Shown: piece by piece, positions 59,100-64,000 of the stretch
Position numbering within the stretch: position 1 is the first letter of the stretch
How the letters are laid out: each line of letters opens with the position of its first letter
Source: Candidatus Cloacimonadales bacterium
Lineage (GTDB): Bacteria; Cloacimonadota; Cloacimonadia; Cloacimonadales; JAFGVF01
Length of the DNA stretch: 64,000 bases
Assembly: GCA_963663475.2 (NCBI GenBank)
Contig: CAXXJV010000001.1
Span: 1,728,001-1,792,000, forward strand
Reading direction: 5' to 3'
Made by a program: the position numbers and the translations under genes
Notes under the pieces: generated by a model
What the model was told of the DNA's origin: nothing
The model's input: the letters and a program-made list of their open reading frames with translations, nothing else
Database searches by the model: none

Positions 59100-60776
59100 C
59101 TATCTGGCCCTAGACCACATTTTTTGGGTTATTAAATGGGGATTAGATTGAATATTATACTTAGAAAAATATCTGCAAATATTCTCAACATCTCTAAGGA
59201 GTAAATCATAAGCATAGGGGTTTATAGCCGGATTAACTGCCTGAGGGAAATCAATTATATAAGGTTCATTCTTGTGATAGAGAATATTATAGTGGGATAA
59301 ATCTCCGTGAACAATATTATTTCTTAGCATTATTTTTATGAATTCCATTATCTTGTCATAGACTTTTTTAGCCTGCTCAAGCGACAAATGAGTATCTTTA
59401 AGTAACAGAGAAGATTCATCTTCAGACCCTAGAAACTCCATAATCACCGCATCTTCAGTATAGGCAAGAGGTTTGGGAACATTAACACCTAGATAATAAA
59501 GAGTTTCTAAGGTGTTGAACTCGTTAGTAACCCAAGAAGACCTTTCAGCTAGCTGGCCCATAGTTGACTTATTTTTAATAGCTCGCAGCAGTCGCTTATC
59601 CCAAATTCGACCAATATGATAAACCCTATCTCGCTTAAAGTTACGAAATTTCTTCTCTCGATATAACTTAATTGCTAAGTATGCAAAAGGCATATCTTTG
59701 TGAGCTTTAGCACAAATAACACTTGCTTCTTTCCCTTGTTTTACTAATCTTATAATTTCAGTAATAAGATTATCCTGATAAAAGTCGTTACAGGAATCTC
59801 CATACCTCATCATATCTGTTTTCATTATATTAGTTGAATTATGGTGTTTTAAGAAAATATTCTCCAAGAGATTAATCTTATCGGGATGACAGGATATGAC
59901 TTCATCCTTGTTAAACTTCTGTCCTAATTCACTCATGAATCCTAAACAACAAACAGTTACATAGAAGTTTAGGATTTCAAGTTCTTCTTTGTCTAGCTTA
60001 TACTCTTCAATCATAAAGTCAATATAATCGGTATCACTTTCTTGAGCAAGCAGTGCCATTTTAGTAAGGGCTAAATGGAAGATTTTGTCTCCAAAGCATA
60101 CTTGATCAATATCAACAATACCTGTGAATTTTCCTTGATGAAGGAGGACATTTTTAGTTGTAAGATCATCAAGGAAAGCTTTAGGCTTGATTTTAGAGAA
60201 GTAGAGGTCAAACTTCCCAAGTTTAGCAAGCAGAAGGTCAGAATATTTTGAATCAAAAATATTGTTTTGATTAATTAACTTCTTTGATTTCATTATTGAG
60301 TCGTAGATTACTTGCTTCCAAGAAGTATTTTCTTGTAAGGTCTCATCATGATACTTGTTAGCATAGCCAAAAAAATCATTTGGTTGGAGTAGGGAAATAG
60401 TAGTTTGAATATCAACTATTTCTCTGGCAAGCTTCTCTTTTTCTGAACCTGTTAATGAATCATAAACATAAGCTAAATCTCTACCTTGCAATTTACTAAT
60501 TATCATATAAGGTTGGTCAATCTCTAAGTTATAATGATATAAATCTGGTATAGGTAATTCTAGATTTGATAAGTACTTAAGCCAATAAACACCACTAGCT
60601 ATCAAGTTTTTACTTTCTTGACTAGCAATCCTAATGACTAGGTTGTCTCTTTCATAAAAACTAATGTCATATACATAATGACACAAGCCAGTTTCTAATC
60701 TTTCAATTTCTTTAATTTCTTCATTGTAATGCTTCTTTATATATTTTTTTGCTAATTCTATATAGCTGGTATTCAC
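59100..60776 (-). CDS. APH/choline-kinase-like phosphotransferase fused to RIO1-type kinase
   Basis: DDLTTKNVL...GIVDID (APH-like); GKEASV, AIKLY, VPKP, VHGDLSHYNIL, IIDFPQAV and LLRDVEN (RIO1). Confidence 0.85.
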   Translation of the reverse strand: MNTSYIELAKKYIKKHYNEEIKEIERLETGLCHYVYDISFYERDNLVIRIASQESKNLIASGVYWLKYLSNLELPIPDLYHYNLEIDQPYMIISKLQGRDLAYVYDSLTGSEKEKLAREIVDIQTTISLLQPNDFFGYANKYHDETLQENTSWKQVIYDSIMKSKKLINQNNIFDSKYSDLLLAKLGKFDLYFSKIKPKAFLDDLTTKNVLLHQGKFTGIVDIDQVCFGDKIFHLALTKMALLAQESDTDYIDFMIEEYKLDKEELEILNFYVTVCCLGFMSELGQKFNKDEVISCHPDKINLLENIFLKHHNSTNIMKTDMMRYGDSCNDFYQDNLITEIIRLVKQGKEASVICAKAHKDMPFAYLAIKLYREKKFRNFKRDRVYHIGRIWDKRLLRAIKNKSTMGQLAERSSWVTNEFNTLETLYYLGVNVPKPLAYTEDAVIMEFLGSEDESSLLLKDTHLSLEQAKKVYDKIMEFIKIMLRNNIVHGDLSHYNILYHKNEPYIIDFPQAVNPAINPYAYDLLLRDVENICRYFSKYNIQSNPHLITQKMWSRAR

Positions 60777-60903
60777 TCTTCCTCCAGAGGATTATTCTGT
60801 TTTTTTCATGTATTATTTTAGATGAGTCTAAAATATTGTTAATTAGTATTTTTACGTGGATATTCTCAAGTATAACATTAAACTTCTTCATTCTTAATTT
60901 CAT
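60721..60903 (-). CDS. Small hypothetical protein, first ORF after the attenuator
   Basis: AAGGAG RBS and ATG; overlaps the kinase start; no family recognised. Confidence 0.4.
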   Translation of the reverse strand: MKLRMKKFNVILENIHVKILINNILDSSKIIHEKNRIILWRKSEYQLYRISKKIYKEALQ

Positions 60904-60937
60904 AATTTTTCTCCTTTTTTTGTTTGGTTATTAGACG

Positions 60938-61142
60938 AAAAAAGAGCCTTTGAAACACTGGTCCCAAAGGCTCAATTATCTAGCCTTGGGATTAGACACT
61001 TGTCCAATCCCAAGAAATTTATAATTTCATTGATTATTTATTTATTTATTAAAACTACTTTAAAAAATAATCTACTAATAGAGATTGAACTAAGTTAAAT
61101 TTGTTTCCTTTTTATTGTTTATTAAATTCATACATTCCTCCA
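60938..61142 (-). promoter_or_regulatory. Putative transcription attenuator with leader peptide(s)
   Basis: Terminator gagcctttg..caaaggctc-U6; upstream hairpin cttgggattggac/gtctaatcccaag; alternative 2:3 pairing; uORFs at 61090-61131 and 61019-61030. Confidence 0.7.
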
Positions 61143-61222
61143 AAAGTTTTATTTATATACCACAAAAGTATTTACTAAAATATTTGTCAAGTTATTTTGT
61201 CTTTCACCAGTGGAGAGTGTCA

Positions 61223-61309
61223 GGAGACTGTTCAAGTATCAAGCCACCTTCTTCAATAGTTTATCCTTAAAGAAGTCAATAATATTGCAAATCTTTAGGT
61301 TTTCTTGAC
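61223..61309 (-). repeat. Family D repeat (reverse orientation)
   Basis: Reverse complement aligns end to end with 33111-33197. Confidence 0.85.
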
Positions 61310-61552
61310 TAATCTTCTTATATCTTCAAGGGATAATAGAGAGTACTCGCAAAACACTCCCTATGATACGATCAAAAGTGAGCACCATAAGTGCGAAGAG
61401 GGATGACTTTATCACTCTCTGCATCCCTTTAGGATATAAGAGGCATTATTCGGATATTAAAGGAGTTTCTCAGCAGACTTGAACTAATATCAAAATAATA
61501 GTTGACTAAAAATTTATTATATTTTTTAATAAAAAAAAATTTAGGCGGAGAT

Positions 61553-62341
61553 ATGAAATTTCAGGTAGGAAACAAACAAGTAACTAATCCAATAGCTAAA
61601 GTACTCTTATTAATTTTAGCCTTATTTGTAGTCATAGCAGCCTTAGCTTTAGTAGGCTTTATTTTAGTTCCTGTGGCATTATTTGTAATCATTGTTTTAA
61701 TAATGGTAGCTCTAATTGTACCATTTGCCCTTGTCTTTGGAGCTGGAAAATGGATGAAAGGGATTAGAGGGTCAGGAGAGGTCTTGACTGAAATTAGAGA
61801 AGTGAAGCCTTTTACAGGTATTTCTCTTGGTGTAGCTTGTGATTTGATTGTGGAATTCAGTGATGAACAAGAAGTTACCATTGAAAGTGATGACAATATT
61901 CTAGGCTATATTTTATCCTATGTCCAAGATAGTATACTACATATTAACACAAAGAACAATTTATCACCAAGTAAAAGGACTGTCATTACTATTAAGACTA
62001 ATAAACTTACTAATTTATCGCTTTCTGGCTCAACTTCTGCCGAAATCCTCAGAATCAAAGAAGAAAATCTAAAAATATCAATATCAGGCAGTGGGAAAAT
62101 TAAAGGAAATGGCAAGATTGAAGACCTCAATATTACCATTAGTGGAATGGGTAAGATAAACTTTAAAGAAGTGAAAACAAAAAATACTAAGCTCAAAATA
62201 TCTGGTTCTGGTAAAGCTGATCTTTATGTAGAAGGTAATTTAGATGCTAATATAAATGGTGCAGGCAAGGCAAATGTCTGGGGTAAACCTGCAAATGTTA
62301 ACAAAAAAATTAATGGAATTGGTAAGATAAATATAGTTTAG
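61553..62341 (+). CDS. DUF2807 (head GIN / putative adhesin) membrane-anchored protein
   Basis: TM hairpin, GIRGSG, SDDNIL and repeated ISGSGK units; ATG at 61553 follows GGAG. Confidence 0.8.
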   Translation: MKFQVGNKQVTNPIAKVLLLILALFVVIAALALVGFILVPVALFVIIVLIMVALIVPFALVFGAGKWMKGIRGSGEVLTEIREVKPFTGISLGVACDLIVEFSDEQEVTIESDDNILGYILSYVQDSILHINTKNNLSPSKRTVITIKTNKLTNLSLSGSTSAEILRIKEENLKISISGSGKIKGNGKIEDLNITISGMGKINFKEVKTKNTKLKISGSGKADLYVEGNLDANINGAGKANVWGKPANVNKKINGIGKINIV

Positions 62342-62421
62342 TTTAATTTAATTTAATAATTTAATGAATTAATTGCTTAGATGTTTAATCGTTTAATTGA
62401 TAAGAAAAGAGAGATGAAGAG

Positions 62422-63378
62422 ATGAAGATAGGAATAGTTGGTGCAACTGGTGAAGTTGGAAGAATGATGCTTACTTGTTTGTTAGAAGAAAAGATTGCTA
62501 TAGATGATTTACATCTTTTTGCTTCAGCGGGGTCAGCAGGTACTAGTATTGATTTTGCAGGGACTAAGTTAATTGTCCAAGAGTTAACAGAAGCAAAGAT
62601 GAGGGAAAAGTATGATTATCTTTTATTTTCAGCAGGATCTGGTGTTTCTAAGCATTTTGCTCCTATTGCTGAAGAAGCAGGTAACACAATTATTGATAAC
62701 TCGTCAGCATTTCGTCAGCTGGCAAGAATTCCCTTAATTATTCCAGAGATAAATGCAAGTGTTCTAGATGATTATCAAGGAATAATAGCAAATCCAAATT
62801 GTTCTACTATCCAAATGTTATTACCCCTATATGCTATTCATAAGGTAAATAAAATTAAGAAAATAATAGTAGCAACCTATCAATCAGTTTCAGGAAGTGG
62901 TAACAAAGGGATTATATCCTTGCTAGACCCCAAGCAAAAATCTATTTACCCTCGTCAAATTGAACATAATGTCATACCCTTGATAGGAGATATCCTTCCT
63001 TCTGGATATAGTGAGGAAGAGGAAAAGATGAGCTTTGAAACAAAAAAGATTTTCAATGATCAGGATATTCTAGTTTCCGCAACTTGTGTCCGAGTGCCTG
63101 TTGTTTATGGTCATTCGGAATCTGTCTATCTTGACTTAGAAAATACTTGTAAGTTAGACAATATCAAGGAATTATTACGAGCTGCTAAGAATGTAAAATA
63201 TATGGATGAAGATTTTATAAGTCCAAGAGAAATAGGTAATTCTAATGATTCTTTCGTTTGTAGACTTCGTTATGGTCTTGATGAAAAGTCACTTACTTTC
63301 TGGAATGTGGCACATAATATAAGAGTTGGGGCTGCAACAAACGCAGTTAGAATTTTGAAATATTTAATCAATAGGTAA
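62422..63378 (+). CDS. asd: Aspartate-semialdehyde dehydrogenase
   Basis: VGATGEVG, IDNSSAFR, ANPNCST, YQSVSGSG and RVPVVYGHSE motifs. Confidence 0.95.
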   Translation: MKIGIVGATGEVGRMMLTCLLEEKIAIDDLHLFASAGSAGTSIDFAGTKLIVQELTEAKMREKYDYLLFSAGSGVSKHFAPIAEEAGNTIIDNSSAFRQLARIPLIIPEINASVLDDYQGIIANPNCSTIQMLLPLYAIHKVNKIKKIIVATYQSVSGSGNKGIISLLDPKQKSIYPRQIEHNVIPLIGDILPSGYSEEEEKMSFETKKIFNDQDILVSATCVRVPVVYGHSESVYLDLENTCKLDNIKELLRAAKNVKYMDEDFISPREIGNSNDSFVCRLRYGLDEKSLTFWNVAHNIRVGAATNAVRILKYLINR

Positions 63379-63382
63379 GGAT

Positions 63383-64000
63383 ATGAATTTACATAAAATA
63401 AGAGAAGATTTGCATAAGATTCCAGAAATTGGTTTTGATGTTTTTAAAACCAAAGACTACATAATGGAGCTTTTTAAGGATGAAAAGAACTTGGAGATTA
63501 TTGAATTAGATTTTAATGCAATAATTATGTTTTATAAGCATGGTGGGGAAGAAGAATATAGACTTTTTAGAGCTGATATGGATGCTTTGCCAATTGTGGA
63601 AAAGACTAGCTGTAGCTATAAGTCTTTACATAGCAAATCAATGCATGCTTGTGGACATGATATTCATATGTCTGTTCTGATAGGACTTATTGATAAGGTC
63701 TTAACTACACAGGTAAATAAAAATATTATTTTTGTTTTTCAACCTGGTGAAGAAGGACATGGGGGAGCTTTAAAAATTATTGAATCAAAAGTACTTGATA
63801 AGTATCCTATCAAAGAATGCTATGCTCTACACGTTGCAGGACAAATGCCTCTAGGAAAAGTTGCCTGTAAATCAGGAATAATCTTTGGAATTCCCCAAGA
63901 ATTTGATGTAGAATTTCGTGGTATCTCCAGCCATATTGCTACCCCTCAGTTTGGTAAGGATGCCCTGCTAGCCGGAGTTCAATTCTATACAACTATGAAA
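63383..64000 (+). CDS. M20D amidohydrolase (possibly N-acyl-diaminopimelate deacylase), truncated by window end
   Basis: LHKIPE, RADMDALP, MHACGHD and FQPGEEG motifs; follows asd. Confidence 0.85.
   Translation, partial: MNLHKIREDLHKIPEIGFDVFKTKDYIMELFKDEKNLEIIELDFNAIIMFYKHGGEEEYRLFRADMDALPIVEKTSCSYKSLHSKSMHACGHDIHMSVLIGLIDKVLTTQVNKNIIFVFQPGEEGHGGALKIIESKVLDKYPIKECYALHVAGQMPLGKVACKSGIIFGIPQEFDVEFRGISSHIATPQFGKDALLAGVQFYTTMK

Noticed and set aside
61340-61490. Small hairpins upstream of the DUF2807 gene as a riboswitch
   Set aside because: Short stems (agggatg/catccct, gcac/gtgc) with no recognisable consensus or expression platform
6761-62196. Short antisense or nested ORFs in the track (e.g. 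6761, 8297, 8814, 10295, 14344, 18096, 18752, 19889, 22482, 22552, 22857, 27080, 28924, 29118, 31225, 36253, 42454, 45561, 46901, 49677, 50412, 51866, 52100, 53045, 55396, 60071, 60749, 61561, 61918)
   Set aside because: Shadows of well-supported genes, with no motifs

Overview
This is an AT-rich bacterial chromosome segment. Proteins with Por/T9SS-type (FlgD-Ig-like) C-terminal sorting domains, together with outer-membrane proteins, point to an anaerobic diderm of the FCB/Cloacimonadota type (inference). The window holds housekeeping genes (trmL, ltaE, ppiB, nfuA-like, nadE, ribD, asd), four tRNAs (2 Ser, 2 Gln), copper genes (copA, copZ, a DUF318 permease), an intact IS21 element and an ~18.5 kb Wzx/Wzy polysaccharide locus that also encodes STAS and OmpA proteins. 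The most striking region is a translationally coupled operon at 21420-25185. It encodes four 2x[4Fe-4S] ferredoxins that all carry Sec-type signal peptides (one is a lipoprotein, one has a T9SS-type sorting domain), an outer-membrane beta-barrel and a DsbD/CcdA-like membrane protein. This is a candidate Fe-S-based trans-envelope electron conduit, and a paralogous membrane Fe-S/ferredoxin pair lies at 1837-2957. Other notable items are a 1:2/2:3/3:4 attenuator upstream of an APH-RIO1 kinase fusion and a GNAT, and a transporter-less porin/deacetylase/binding-protein/hybrid-kinase sensing operon. At least four intergenic repeat families are present, including a ~170 bp palindrome always found in one orientation and a ~55-87 bp element that ends 33-34 bp upstream of -35 boxes. 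All calls come from visual motif recognition; no searches were run.
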